This document shows, piece by piece, positions 47,901 to 57,898 of a DNA stretch of 64,000 nucleotides; within the stretch, counting starts at the first letter, position 1; each line of letters starts with the position of its first letter. Source of the DNA: a virus. Position numbers and translations under genes: made by a program. Where the stretch lies: IMG/VR virus record IMGVR_UViG_3300037483_000594, positions 1-64,000 of that record, one strand, 5' to 3'. The notes beneath the pieces are model-generated. The model searched no databases and had not been told where the DNA came from. It saw only the letters and a list, made by a program, of their open reading frames with translations.

Positions 47901-50900
47901 ATGGCAACTCCGTACCCGCTTCGACTTCGTGGCTTTCTTGAGGGCGTTGAGGTGCCGATTGTGGCGGCAACGGTCACGGTGGCCATGGACGCCCCGGCGC
48001 AGTGCGCCGTGCAGCTCCCCGCGACCGACAAGGCACTGGAGTTCTTACCGCGTACGCTTGTGCACATCTTTTTCAACGTCGGGGAGATGACAGCGCCTCC
48101 CACGCTGACTGTGGAGGGCGAGGAGGAGGCGGAGCAGGTAACTGCCTTCAACGAGTCAGAGGCTATTGTCTTCTCCGAAGAGGAGGCCGTGGCCTCGGAC
48201 ACGAGCGCTGAGCAGCTCGCCGGGCCTGTGGCCGAGACCCCGCCCGGGGGTGTGGATCTGCAGGAGAACCCGTTTGACGACGACGCACAGTGGAAGCTGT
48301 TTTTTGCGGGGGAGGTCACTGGGTACCAGCTCGTCAAGCGGTTTAACCAGCGCGCCCTGGTGTTGCAGTGCCTGGACCTTTCCAACTACTGGGACACCTG
48401 TTACCAGTACCAGGTCAACGTCTCCAACATCTTCGGAGACGGGGTTGCGAGCTTCGTGGGCGCGGGGGAAAGTGTTTTTGACACCTTCTTCGAGAGTGCA
48501 ACCTCTTCCATAATCGACATCGTGCAGAGGCGTTCCTTCTCACGCCCGGAGCTCGGTGGGCTCCTTGGCGGGATAGTGCACCTGCTCGAGCGGGTGGGAG
48601 GTGTCTACGGTTCTCGTGGGTTCCGGGGAGTGAACGACTTTTTCACGCTGGCCGAACTGCGACTGCACCTCGTCGACATGATCGGCGCCAGTGAGGACGA
48701 CACCTCCTCGCAACGTCTGTTTCCGGCACGTGCGTACAACGCGTGGACCAGACGGGAGGGCGGGCAGCTCCCCAAGATCGCTTCTTTCCGGGACATGTTG
48801 AACCTTGTCAACAAGTTCATATTCCACGCTGTGGCCCCCAACCCCATAGCGAGGTACGAGTCTCCGTCCGAGTACCAACGGTCCAGGAGCAGGACAGTCG
48901 AGACCGGTGGGCGCCCCCAGACCTTCTTGGAATCTCCGCAGTGGGTGAACATAAACAACCGGATAAACTCGGCGCTCTCGACCCTGCAACGGTACCAGCA
49001 GTCAACGGCCCCGGTGAGCCGGAACGGGCTGTCACGTAGCATGGGTCAGCTTGCCTCGACCATACGTTCGATAAAAGACAGCGCAGTCGCAGCGCAGAAC
49101 TCTTCGACGACACCCCAGAACCCGGGGCAGGGGGTGCCCATCCAGTCAAGGTTGCACAGAGCTGGCACGCACGTTCAGTCTCTAGCGACAATGCTCTCCT
49201 CGTTTGAAGAGAACGATCGAGTCATCGTCACGCTTCGCGCAGGAAATACGTTTGAGTACGCCGCTTTTTTTCGACGGCAGTCGGTGAGCGCTACTATCAC
49301 CGAGGCTTTCGACGAGCTGGCCCAAGCGTCGGCGTCTCTGACCTCGCTTTCCGGGAGTGCGACTGCTACGCGCAGTGCCACGCGGACCACCACAGAGACG
49401 GTACGGCGCGGGGGGAGATTGTACTCACAGATTATCCGCCCAGACATCTTTATGGTGCCCCCTCCTCGCTGTAACGTGCTCTTCCCCGAGCTGTACTCGT
49501 CGTTCCAGTCCGAAAAGCAGTGGCTTCGGATGGTCACGCGGATGCGCATGACCATGAGCGACGAGCTCTTCGGTCCCAACATGCTGTTGGACAGCGTGTA
49601 CTTCGCGCCGAACATGCCGGTGCTGGGGGCGAGGCTCAGGCAAGGGTCTGTGGACGATCGCTCTACAGACATGTCTCTCCGCACTGTGGCCTACGGGCGA
49701 AGGTTGATGGAGCACGAGCTGTTGACGGGTCCCATCCCTGTTTTTGAAAGGATGAACGACATCAACGTACTGGCGGCAAGGCAGCAAGGCACCACTGTGC
49801 GTGGGGCGCGTTTGTCCTACGTAGACCGCGCGGTCAACCACCAGTTCATAAAGCACAGGGTCAGCCCGCACACCGCCAACATCGAAGGTCCGTTCAACCC
49901 GTTTTTGGTGTGTGGGTTCCCGGCGCTGCTTATCGACCGTGCCATGACCGGGGAGCAGGTGGCGCTCTCCAACCTGCGCGGAAACGAACTTCTCGAGGCT
50001 GCGCAGCTTCGGAACTGGGCTGGGTTGATCGAGGGGACACGCGCCGCGAGTGAGCAGGATGAGGCTGCCCTGGAGGCCTGGCTGGCGCTCAGGGAGACAG
50101 TGCCCACACAGCACCTTGGCATGATCGACTCTATCCAGCATACGGTAAGCAACGACAGTGGGCGTACCGCTGTGACCCTGAGCCACGTCCGGACGCACAG
50201 GGACAACGACGAGCTCCTTGGGGCGAACGTGGTCAACGTCGCGCGCAGAGACGCTACACAGACCACCGCGCAGACCACCGTGGCGGCTTTGGAGACGGAC
50301 CCACCTGTTGTGGGGGCGCTCGGCCCAGGCTACGGGGAGCTGACAGAGGTCGAACGGCTGGACACCACCTCGGGACAGTACAAGTTGTACGGCACGTTTT
50401 CGGGGTCTGGGCCAAGACGGTTCGACTCTTTCGTGCAGGTGGGAGTGACCCAGGCAGCGCACCTGTACGGCCCGGAGGTGGTGACCTTGGTCGGGGCCCG
50501 GGACACGCAGGTGACCTTCCGGGCGTACAGGGTGACCGAGAGCATAGACCGTGTCACTGACCGGAGTGTGGTAGTGCCTTTCGAGCAGTGGGTACGCCCA
50601 CCCTGGATGAGCGATGTCTGGGCGAACGACCGTATCGGGGGTGTGTACCAGCAGCTCTTTGGCACCGGGTCTCTCACGGACCCGCTCTCCGTTATCTTTG
50701 ACCGCACCGAGGCCACCGAGGAAGACGCCAGTGTGCAGGACCCCCTTGGGGAAGGGCGTACCCACCAGAGCGCCGGGATGGAGATCAGCGTGGAGCGGGC
50801 TGTCGACCTTGCCGTGCGGACGTACAGTCAGGTCGTTCACTCCGGCCTCAACGTCATGGAACTCGTGCGCAGCTACGTCTGGCGCCCGATTGCTACCCTT

Positions 50901-51179
50901 ACCGACATCCTCGGGTCCAGAGACCTGACCATAGACGGCGAGACCGGAGAGGTCACAGCAGGGCGCGAAGGCTTCCACTCCCGGGCCTTTGGGCACGGAG
51001 CCCTCGGGACCAACATCGCCAACCTCATTCCCCAGGGGAGCAACGCTGAGCGTATCCTCGGCCTCGACGTCTCCGAACGACGCGCAGAGATGAGCCGCTA
51101 CGACATGCGCGCGCGGAAGGCGGAGAGGGTCCTGGCTTACGCCGACGACATCCGGCGGAACAGGGTCTTAATGGGCTAA
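47901..51179 (+). CDS. Large baseplate hub / tail protein
   Basis: 1092 aa; hub-like N-terminus LRGFLEGVEVP...LFFAGEVTG...LQCLD; GPFNPFLVCGFPAL...GMIDSIQH. Confidence 0.6.
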   Translation: MATPYPLRLRGFLEGVEVPIVAATVTVAMDAPAQCAVQLPATDKALEFLPRTLVHIFFNVGEMTAPPTLTVEGEEEAEQVTAFNESEAIVFSEEEAVASDTSAEQLAGPVAETPPGGVDLQENPFDDDAQWKLFFAGEVTGYQLVKRFNQRALVLQCLDLSNYWDTCYQYQVNVSNIFGDGVASFVGAGESVFDTFFESATSSIIDIVQRRSFSRPELGGLLGGIVHLLERVGGVYGSRGFRGVNDFFTLAELRLHLVDMIGASEDDTSSQRLFPARAYNAWTRREGGQLPKIASFRDMLNLVNKFIFHAVAPNPIARYESPSEYQRSRSRTVETGGRPQTFLESPQWVNINNRINSALSTLQRYQQSTAPVSRNGLSRSMGQLASTIRSIKDSAVAAQNSSTTPQNPGQGVPIQSRLHRAGTHVQSLATMLSSFEENDRVIVTLRAGNTFEYAAFFRRQSVSATITEAFDELAQASASLTSLSGSATATRSATRTTTETVRRGGRLYSQIIRPDIFMVPPPRCNVLFPELYSSFQSEKQWLRMVTRMRMTMSDELFGPNMLLDSVYFAPNMPVLGARLRQGSVDDRSTDMSLRTVAYGRRLMEHELLTGPIPVFERMNDINVLAARQQGTTVRGARLSYVDRAVNHQFIKHRVSPHTANIEGPFNPFLVCGFPALLIDRAMTGEQVALSNLRGNELLEAAQLRNWAGLIEGTRAASEQDEAALEAWLALRETVPTQHLGMIDSIQHTVSNDSGRTAVTLSHVRTHRDNDELLGANVVNVARRDATQTTAQTTVAALETDPPVVGALGPGYGELTEVERLDTTSGQYKLYGTFSGSGPRRFDSFVQVGVTQAAHLYGPEVVTLVGARDTQVTFRAYRVTESIDRVTDRSVVVPFEQWVRPPWMSDVWANDRIGGVYQQLFGTGSLTDPLSVIFDRTEATEEDASVQDPLGEGRTHQSAGMEISVERAVDLAVRTYSQVVHSGLNVMELVRSYVWRPIATLTDILGSRDLTIDGETGEVTAGREGFHSRAFGHGALGTNIANLIPQGSNAERILGLDVSERRAEMSRYDMRARKAERVLAYADDIRRNRVLMG

Positions 51180-51203
51180 AGGAATAGCGAGGGCGCTATT
51201 CCT
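51180..51203. terminator. Hairpin between convergent genes
   Basis: AGGAATAGCG-aggg-CGCTATTCCT. Confidence 0.75.
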
Positions 51204-51209
51204 GTGGTG

Positions 51210-51473
51210 TCACTCCGAGAACAGTCGGTCTTTGACGAAACGAGCCACCTCGTCAACGCTTTCCGTTGTCTCTGCTGTTCCGCGCATGTTATCGAACACG
51301 CGGAACCTCTTTGTCTTCTTGAACCATACGACTCGTGTGTCGATGGTTTGCAAGTCTAGAACGGGCACACCGCGTTGTGTTGTGGTCAACACCCCACCGA
51401 CGGCTGTCTGCACCTTTCCGAGCTGGTCGCGCGCCTGCGCGGAGCTTGTCCGCTTTTTCCTCCTGCTGATCAT
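51210..51473 (-). CDS. Basic hypothetical protein
   Basis: AAGGAGG RBS on the minus strand. Confidence 0.7.
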   Translation of the reverse strand: MISRRKKRTSSAQARDQLGKVQTAVGGVLTTTQRGVPVLDLQTIDTRVVWFKKTKRFRVFDNMRGTAETTESVDEVARFVKDRLFSE

Positions 51474-51859
51474 TTCACCTCCTTGAATAGCCCGCAGAGT
51501 TCTACACGGGTTCTGTCCTTGTCGAAGTAGTGCAGAGCTGCGAACAGGAAGTCCCCCTTCTCACAGGAAAGCGCGAGCAGACGCCCCTCCTCGAACACGG
51601 CGGTCACGGTGACCTCGCACCGCAGTATCTCGCGCGCTCTTGCAGTGTTTTCCTCAGCGGCGCGTTCTTCGTAGAAGCCTTCCCTTGGGCACCTCTCCGG
51701 GTGCCACGTAGCTTCTGTACTGTCCCGGAAGAACTTGTCGAAGTCACTCTTTACGCAGGAGCAGGACAGGTACTTCCCCTTGGGAAACATGTGGTCTGTG
51801 TTCACCAGGCAAGCAGGTACCCCGTGTAGTCTCCAGTGTCCGACTGGGTCTTGTTCCAA
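51470..51859 (-). CDS. Hypothetical protein
   Basis: AAAGGAG RBS then TTG start; TATAAG motif at 51878-51883 (-). Confidence 0.65.
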   Translation of the reverse strand: MEQDPVGHWRLHGVPACLVNTDHMFPKGKYLSCSCVKSDFDKFFRDSTEATWHPERCPREGFYEERAAEENTARAREILRCEVTVTAVFEEGRLLALSCEKGDFLFAALHYFDKDRTRVELCGLFKEVK

Positions 51860-51923
51860 AGCAGTTCTCCTTTCACTCTTATAGCTGCGGGCAATGTTTT
51901 TCTTTCTGAGGTCTTGCGCTATC

Positions 51924-52307
51924 ATGAGAGACAAGATGCGCACACCTATTGACGAGTTCTCTCTTTTTGAAAAAGTCGCGGCCTTGCGTGAGGTGTTGAA
52001 CAGACGGCACCTGCGGCCTGTCGCCCGGACGCGTTCAGGGAGCACTCCTGCGCACGTGGACACGCTGCGCCGGCAGCCCTTCGAGCTACCGAGCGAGGCG
52101 TTGGAGCGCGGCAAGCTGAAACTCGCGTTGTGCCCTGAGGGGTATCCGGAGTTCGATCCGCGGTTGCGGAAGCTTGGTCTCGAGGTGGACCAGCTCGAGG
52201 ACATGGCCGAGGAACAGCTCTCGAAGCTGGAGCAGACAGGACGCGGCAAGGCCATCGGGCGGTTGCCGGTGTTCTACGAGAAGCTGCGGGGCGCGTTGGA
52301 TGCGTGA
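51924..52307 (+). CDS. Hypothetical protein
   Basis: Divergent from the minus-strand pair; N-terminal DEF...EKVAA. Confidence 0.6.
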   Translation: MRDKMRTPIDEFSLFEKVAALREVLNRRHLRPVARTRSGSTPAHVDTLRRQPFELPSEALERGKLKLALCPEGYPEFDPRLRKLGLEVDQLEDMAEEQLSKLEQTGRGKAIGRLPVFYEKLRGALDA

Positions 52308-53094
52308 CACTAGCCCGCTCGCGGACTACGTGGGGTACCGTGACGAACTGGACCTCGTCTTGCGCGCGTGCTGTCTTGAGAAGGAGGCGGCCAAGGGTGC
52401 CGCGGAAAAGGATCTTGTCCTGTGGCAGCAGTGGAACGCCAGCAAAGACCCACAGGACATGGACACCCTCTTCAAACAGGTTCGCCCGATCATCGCCAAG
52501 GCGGTGAACGTGTACGCGGGCAAGGTCAACATTCCAACCCCGGCTATCCAAGCAGAGTTCGAGCGGCACGCGCTCTCCGCCATCAAGACTTACGACCCGA
52601 CACGCAGCGCGCTGCACACACACATCACCAACCAGCTAAACCGTGGGAAGCGGTTTGTCGTTACTTATCAAAATGTGGCGCGCGTTCCCGAGAACAGGTC
52701 CTACAGGATCGGAGAGTTCTTGCGTGCGAAGGAGGAGCTTGGGGACAACCTAGGGCGTGAGCCGAGCTCTATGGAACTCGCTGATCACATGAAGTGGCCG
52801 GTGTCCCAGATCGCAAAGCTCGAGCAGGAGATGCGCGCGGAGGTTCCTACCTCGCATCTTGAGGGTGGGGACCTGACCTCTGTGTACACCTCTCCGGAAG
52901 CGGAGCTGCTGCAGCTCCTTCCCGGGGAGCTGACCGGGGAGGAGAAGCTGGTCTACGAGTACGTTACGGGGTCAAACGGCAAGCCAAAGCTCTCCGGCAC
53001 CCAGATAGCGCAGCGGACCGGGCTGAGTCCGGCAAAGGTATCGCGGCTGAGGTCATCGGTCGCGACAAAGGTCAAGAAGTACTACAGGGGCTAG
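52300..53094 (+). CDS. Sigma-70 family (FliA/SigF-like) sigma factor
   Basis: AIKTYDPTRSALHTHI, RVPE, LGREPSSMELADHM, QIAQRTGLSPAKVSRL. Confidence 0.88.
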   Translation: MRDTSPLADYVGYRDELDLVLRACCLEKEAAKGAAEKDLVLWQQWNASKDPQDMDTLFKQVRPIIAKAVNVYAGKVNIPTPAIQAEFERHALSAIKTYDPTRSALHTHITNQLNRGKRFVVTYQNVARVPENRSYRIGEFLRAKEELGDNLGREPSSMELADHMKWPVSQIAKLEQEMRAEVPTSHLEGGDLTSVYTSPEAELLQLLPGELTGEEKLVYEYVTGSNGKPKLSGTQIAQRTGLSPAKVSRLRSSVATKVKKYYRG

Positions 53095-53095
53095 C

Positions 53096-53607
53096 ATGAG
53101 TCGTGAGTCGCGGTTGCAGGAAGTGTCGGAACAGGTAGGGGAGCTGGTGGACCGAAGGGTCGAGCAGTGGGAAGACTACTCCGCACTGTTGCGCTCTATC
53201 TTGGAGGGGCGAACCGGGGACGGGGAGCTGCAGAACCACCTGGTCACGCTGACCATCCCGTACTTCGACCAAACGGTGACCGACCTTCTCGGACAGGGAA
53301 ACACATGAACGTGGACGCCATAAAGGCCGCCCTTCAGGCAGAGCCGGACCCTGGTATACCGATCACGGCGCTGTTTGCACTTGCGCGTGCGCACGCTCTC
53401 CAGGAGCGGCAAACGGCGGCACAGGTACGCGCTGGTGCTGAGCAAGAGCAGCGCCGCCAGGTCTTGGTGAACATGCGGCAGCAGGGAGGGGCGCAGCTCG
53501 CCCAGATGTTGGCCGGGATGGGTGTGCCTGGCGCGGCGATGGCATCCATGACAGGGGTGACCCCCGCGCTGTTGCGTGCCGGAGTTCGAGGCGGCCATGT
53601 CTATTGA
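53096..53607 (+). CDS. Two small hypothetical genes (53096-53308, 53305-53607)
   Basis: Coupled ORFs. Confidence 0.55.
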
Positions 53608-54526
53608 AACAGTACGCGTGTTTTGTGAAGACCAGGCTGGTGACCCTATCGTTGGTGTCCTCGTTCGGTTTTTTGAAGCTGACGGCACCACGTTCGTCAC
53701 TCAACAGTACTCGGTGCTGGTGGGCCTCGACGCTTATGCGGAGGTGACGCTCACCGGTGATGACCCCGCCGTGACCTACGTTATCCGGTTGTCCAAGAGC
53801 GGGGTGGCTTTCGACGGCACTCTCGGGGCCGGGAGCTACTCTCCGCAGACCATCGCGGTGAGCTCCCTGGTGGACAACGACTTCGACGTTTTTGGGCAAA
53901 CGTTTACCCATCCTGTGGCAAGCGACCCTCGTCTCTGCAGGGTGTCTGGGCACGTCTACGACCACAAGCACCAGCCGCTCGAGAACTACCGGATTTCGCT
54001 CAGTCCGTTTGTCCCGGACAGTGCACAGCAGTCGTCCATGCGGGTCGTGGACGGGGATCTCATCGCCAACAAAAGGCAGTACCTGGTGACTGACAGTGCC
54101 GGGTATGTCGTCTTTGATGTTATGCGTGGTGCCGAGTACCTGGCCTTCCTGGAAGACAACGTCATGGACCCTCGAGAGTTGCACATTCCGGACGCGAGCT
54201 CGGCGGTGCTGACAGACCTACTGTTCCCGACTATCCGGAGTGTGGTGTTCGTAACGCCGATGAACCTTTCGGTGGGGGAGTCGGCGACGGCTACGGTGAC
54301 GATCGTGAGCACAGATGCGCGGGTGTTTACCCCCGCAGACCAGGTGATCGACTTCGTGTCCTCGGATGAGAGCGTAGCTGTGGTAAGCATTGTCGCCGGT
54401 GAGGTCGTAGTCACCGCAGTATCGGCTGGTACAGCGGTTATCACAGCAACACTTGTGGACACTACGGTCCTGCGGTATCCCAATGAACCACAGACACTGG
54501 TTCCTCTGACCGTGGTCGTGTCTTAG
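53597..54526 (+). CDS. Ig-like-domain virion protein
   Basis: C-terminal Big_2-like FVSSDESVAVV...VTAVSAGTAVITAT. Confidence 0.75.
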   Translation: MSIETVRVFCEDQAGDPIVGVLVRFFEADGTTFVTQQYSVLVGLDAYAEVTLTGDDPAVTYVIRLSKSGVAFDGTLGAGSYSPQTIAVSSLVDNDFDVFGQTFTHPVASDPRLCRVSGHVYDHKHQPLENYRISLSPFVPDSAQQSSMRVVDGDLIANKRQYLVTDSAGYVVFDVMRGAEYLAFLEDNVMDPRELHIPDASSAVLTDLLFPTIRSVVFVTPMNLSVGESATATVTIVSTDARVFTPADQVIDFVSSDESVAVVSIVAGEVVVTAVSAGTAVITATLVDTTVLRYPNEPQTLVPLTVVVS

Positions 54527-54535
54527 GAGTGTTGG

Positions 54536-54835
54536 GTGGGCGAGAGCTTTGATGAGCGACTCTACGAACAGCAGTGCTTTCGGGACGCGTGCGCTGGAAC
54601 GATGCTACGCGCTCTCCGCGATCTGCTCGAGGGAAGCGAAGAAGCGCGCCGTTGGTTTTTGAGTGAGCCACGTGACGAGGAGTACGGGGTCACCCTTAAC
54701 GTCATCTGTGCACATCTGAACTTTTGTGCGCCGAGGGTAAGGCGCTGGGTCGTGACCTATCTGAGAGAGGGGTCTTCGGACGAGCTGTTCAGACTTTTAC
54801 GCATGCGGGGGACGACTGTGAAAAACCATGAATGA
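54536..54835 (+). CDS. Hypothetical protein
   Basis: AGGAG RBS; ALRDL...ARRWF...ICAHL. Confidence 0.6.
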   Translation: MGESFDERLYEQQCFRDACAGTMLRALRDLLEGSEEARRWFLSEPRDEEYGVTLNVICAHLNFCAPRVRRWVVTYLREGSSDELFRLLRMRGTTVKNHE

Positions 54836-57608
54836 AGAGCTTGGCGCCATTTTATCGCAGTCGCTGCTGTCGACCGATGCTGCGGCTCGGGTGCTCGAGA
54901 ACGCGAAGTCTTTGTTTCTGCAGGAGCCGGACGCGGTTTTTACACTGGCGCATGTTCTTGGGCGGGATGTGCGCAAGAAGGCGTCGGCGGCGGAGACCTT
55001 GTGTCAGGAGCTTTCCGGGTATCTTGAGGGGTTGATTCGGAGAGCTCGCGCCGTGGACCCCGCCCCCCTCCGCACCGCGTTAGACGCTGCGTTGTCTGCG
55101 TCGCTCACCCCAGGTGTGCAGGCAACTGAGCGTGTCATTGGCAAGGTCGACCTGGCTGCCAGAGCGTTGGCGGCAGGGGTTTCTTCGTCGGCAGGAGTGA
55201 CGGCCAGTAGGGAAGAGGCTGTGGACCTCTTGTTCGCTGGGTTGTCCACACTGCTTACCTCTGTTGAAGACATTGAGGACAAGCTGCGGGCACTCATGGC
55301 ACTCCCCGCGGGGCTACGAGGGTCCGCGCTTGTGGCTTCTTTGACCTCAACACGAGTTGCGCGTGTCGTTGCAACTGTCGAGGACCTGGTCGACACCTTT
55401 GACAGCGCTACAGAGACGTTGCAGTCGTTGGTAGCGCGCGAGTCTGTTGTGCGGCTCGCCGCTGCGAGCGCGGCGTTGCAGCCGCTGGCCAAGGGTGTTC
55501 AGACAGACGGTGTTAGGCTGCGACAGTACGCTGCTGACCCTGTTCGGTACCGGTTGAGTGCAGCAGGGCAAGGTACACCAGCGAAGGTTATCGGGACGAA
55601 AAGCGCGCCTTGGCCACTCACGAACCTCACTGCTGACCTCGCCTTTGACATAAACGGGGCGGCCGACTTCACAAACGTCTTGGGCGGCTCTGGTCCAGTG
55701 CAGGCCGCGGATGTTGTGGGGGTAGCGGGTCCGTACAGCATCGCCTCGAATAATCTGATGACGCCCTACGCTATTCAATCTGTAGTGCAGCCGTATGTCA
55801 TTACGGCTGGTGTGGACGACCAGCTTTACATCGAGGTTGATGGCAAGGTCTTCACCGTAACGTTGCCGGCGGGGGCAGCGGTAACTGCGGCACAGGTGGT
55901 CACGGCCGTGGCCACTGACCCAGGGGTTGTGGCCGACCCGCGGGTAACAGCCTCGGTCGTCACCAACATGGTGCGCTTGTCCTACTCCAACCCCTCCCCG
56001 CCGTCCAGGTACAGTGACCGCTACATCTCTGTGAACAGAGGTGCTTACTGCTCTTTGGCGCTCGAGCCTTATGCTGTCATGGGCCCCGGAACACCAGCCG
56101 GTACAGTGTCCTACGGAAAGAGCAGGAACAACAGCATCCCTGTCAACCCGAACGACAGCCCTGCGGCGGTTTCCATAGCGCTTCCTGCCGGGGTGTGGCC
56201 TACCTACGCGGTGAATCTTGGGGACACGGTCACGCCAGGGACCGTGGTCTACGCCATTGACCAGGCGGCCATCGCGGCCGGAGAGGACTTCAGCGCTGAG
56301 AGCAGTGGGGGAAAGCTGCGTATCTTCTCGACGTTGACTGGAGAAGGCTCGGAGATAGTCGTTGGTATCCCAACGTCGTCGTCTCAGATAGAGGCCGCGA
56401 AGACTCTTGGCCTGTATGGGGCGTCCAGCGTACAGCGTGACATCTTCGCAGAGGTGGTAGTCGCTGCGATCAGACAGAACGCTGTTTTCGCAGCGCAAGC
56501 ACGTGTTTCGGGCAGGCGCACTGACTTGTTTGTCGGGGATGGAACGGTCACCGCTGGGACAGAAGTCACTGTGACCGCTGACCCAACGGGGTGGCCGAGC
56601 TACGACCAAGTGAAGGTGGTCGTGGTCACCTCTCAGGGAAACGTCAACTACTACGACCTCGTGGCCCCTTACACCTTTGTGGGTGGGAGTGCCTCCCTGG
56701 CTTTGAACAGGCGTGTGAAGGCGGGAGTGGGGTCGGCTATCCGCGTGACCGTGTACAGGCAACCTGTAGAGATAGAGTCCGTGTTGGATGATGAGAGCGG
56801 GTACGTTCTGCTGTCTGATACAGCGACCGCGGTCCTGGGGTTGACCACGTCTTTGGTTACCACGGCGTTGTCCACCCTCGTGCTGCAAGAGTACAGGGCC
56901 TTGTCCGCGTCGTGGTACCCGGCAAACGCCTCTTTGCTTGGGCTGAAGGTCGAGGATCTGGTGCTGACCGAGAGCGGTACCCAGGTGGCCAGTGTCACCG
57001 CGGTTACCCCCGCGACCGGTGAACTGTCCACAGCAGAGTTCTTTGCGGTGGGGGACACTGTATCGTACTTTTCGATCGTGTCAGCAAGCGCTGCGAGGTT
57101 CGACGACATGTGTGTGTCGCTCTCGCCATTCACCGGGTTGTTCACCTATGTCGAGGGTGTTGTCGATCTGTGCATGTCAGTCGCGCGGGCGGCGAAGAGC
57201 GGTACCGCAAGCGTGCAGGTGGCCCTGGCGTGTGCGGAGCAGATGAGCACGCTCGCCACCGTCTTTGGGTTTTTGAACCTCATCTGCGGGGTGTACTCTC
57301 CCGTGGTTGTGCGCCAGGTTGAAACAGTACTCGCGCTACTCGAGGAGAACGGGCTGGACAGGGCACGCGCGCTACTTCTTTCCGGAGACTTCGTGACCTT
57401 CGCGCAACTCGACGTACAATCCGCTATCCGCTCGGAGACAGCACGGCAGGCAACGGGTGACGCGCTCGCAATGTTCGGCGAGCAGAAGCACGGGGTGGCA
57501 CGCTCCGTGTGGGTTGACGCTTTCGAGCAGAGTAGTGTGTTCGACGACATCGAATCCTCCGACTCGGAGCTGGCAGTTCCTGTAATATGGGGGGACGAGG
57601 ACGTGTAG
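54828..57608 (+). CDS. Large virion structural protein
   Basis: 926 aa; helical ends with a beta-rich middle; lies in the baseplate cluster. Confidence 0.6.
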   Translation: MNEELGAILSQSLLSTDAAARVLENAKSLFLQEPDAVFTLAHVLGRDVRKKASAAETLCQELSGYLEGLIRRARAVDPAPLRTALDAALSASLTPGVQATERVIGKVDLAARALAAGVSSSAGVTASREEAVDLLFAGLSTLLTSVEDIEDKLRALMALPAGLRGSALVASLTSTRVARVVATVEDLVDTFDSATETLQSLVARESVVRLAAASAALQPLAKGVQTDGVRLRQYAADPVRYRLSAAGQGTPAKVIGTKSAPWPLTNLTADLAFDINGAADFTNVLGGSGPVQAADVVGVAGPYSIASNNLMTPYAIQSVVQPYVITAGVDDQLYIEVDGKVFTVTLPAGAAVTAAQVVTAVATDPGVVADPRVTASVVTNMVRLSYSNPSPPSRYSDRYISVNRGAYCSLALEPYAVMGPGTPAGTVSYGKSRNNSIPVNPNDSPAAVSIALPAGVWPTYAVNLGDTVTPGTVVYAIDQAAIAAGEDFSAESSGGKLRIFSTLTGEGSEIVVGIPTSSSQIEAAKTLGLYGASSVQRDIFAEVVVAAIRQNAVFAAQARVSGRRTDLFVGDGTVTAGTEVTVTADPTGWPSYDQVKVVVVTSQGNVNYYDLVAPYTFVGGSASLALNRRVKAGVGSAIRVTVYRQPVEIESVLDDESGYVLLSDTATAVLGLTTSLVTTALSTLVLQEYRALSASWYPANASLLGLKVEDLVLTESGTQVASVTAVTPATGELSTAEFFAVGDTVSYFSIVSASAARFDDMCVSLSPFTGLFTYVEGVVDLCMSVARAAKSGTASVQVALACAEQMSTLATVFGFLNLICGVYSPVVVRQVETVLALLEENGLDRARALLLSGDFVTFAQLDVQSAIRSETARQATGDALAMFGEQKHGVARSVWVDAFEQSSVFDDIESSDSELAVPVIWGDEDV

Positions 57609-57898
57609 TGGCGCAAGCAGAAGAACAAGAGCAGCTAGACGACATCCGAAGGGTGCTGGCTGAAGGTATCGGGTATCTGCAGGGCGAAGCCTACACAGAC
57701 TTTACGAATTCTTTAACATTTTCGGCATTTTTGGCCGAGGCGATCTCTGTCATAGAGAACGATCAGTCAGACATACGCCCGGGGAAGCTCAACGGGTTGC
57801 GCAGCTTGAAGGAGCGGGTGCAGAGTGCGGTAGAAAGGGCTGTTCAGCTTCCCGGGGAGCTTTTCGAGGTAGTGGTCGAAGAGGAACAGGATGCTTGA
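57608..57898 (+). CDS. Hypothetical protein
   Basis: Coupled ORF with GTG start. Confidence 0.55.
   Translation: MAQAEEQEQLDDIRRVLAEGIGYLQGEAYTDFTNSLTFSAFLAEAISVIENDQSDIRPGKLNGLRSLKERVQSAVERAVQLPGELFEVVVEEEQDA

Noticed and set aside
51860-52255. N-terminal extension of ORF 51470-52255 (-)
   Set aside because: It overlaps a + strand gene; the RBS and TATAAG motif support a TTG start at 51859.
49425-56888. Long minus-strand ORFs (49425-50996, 55347-56888) and similar ones elsewhere
   Set aside because: They are antisense shadows of high-GC + strand genes, with no RBS or recognisable motifs.
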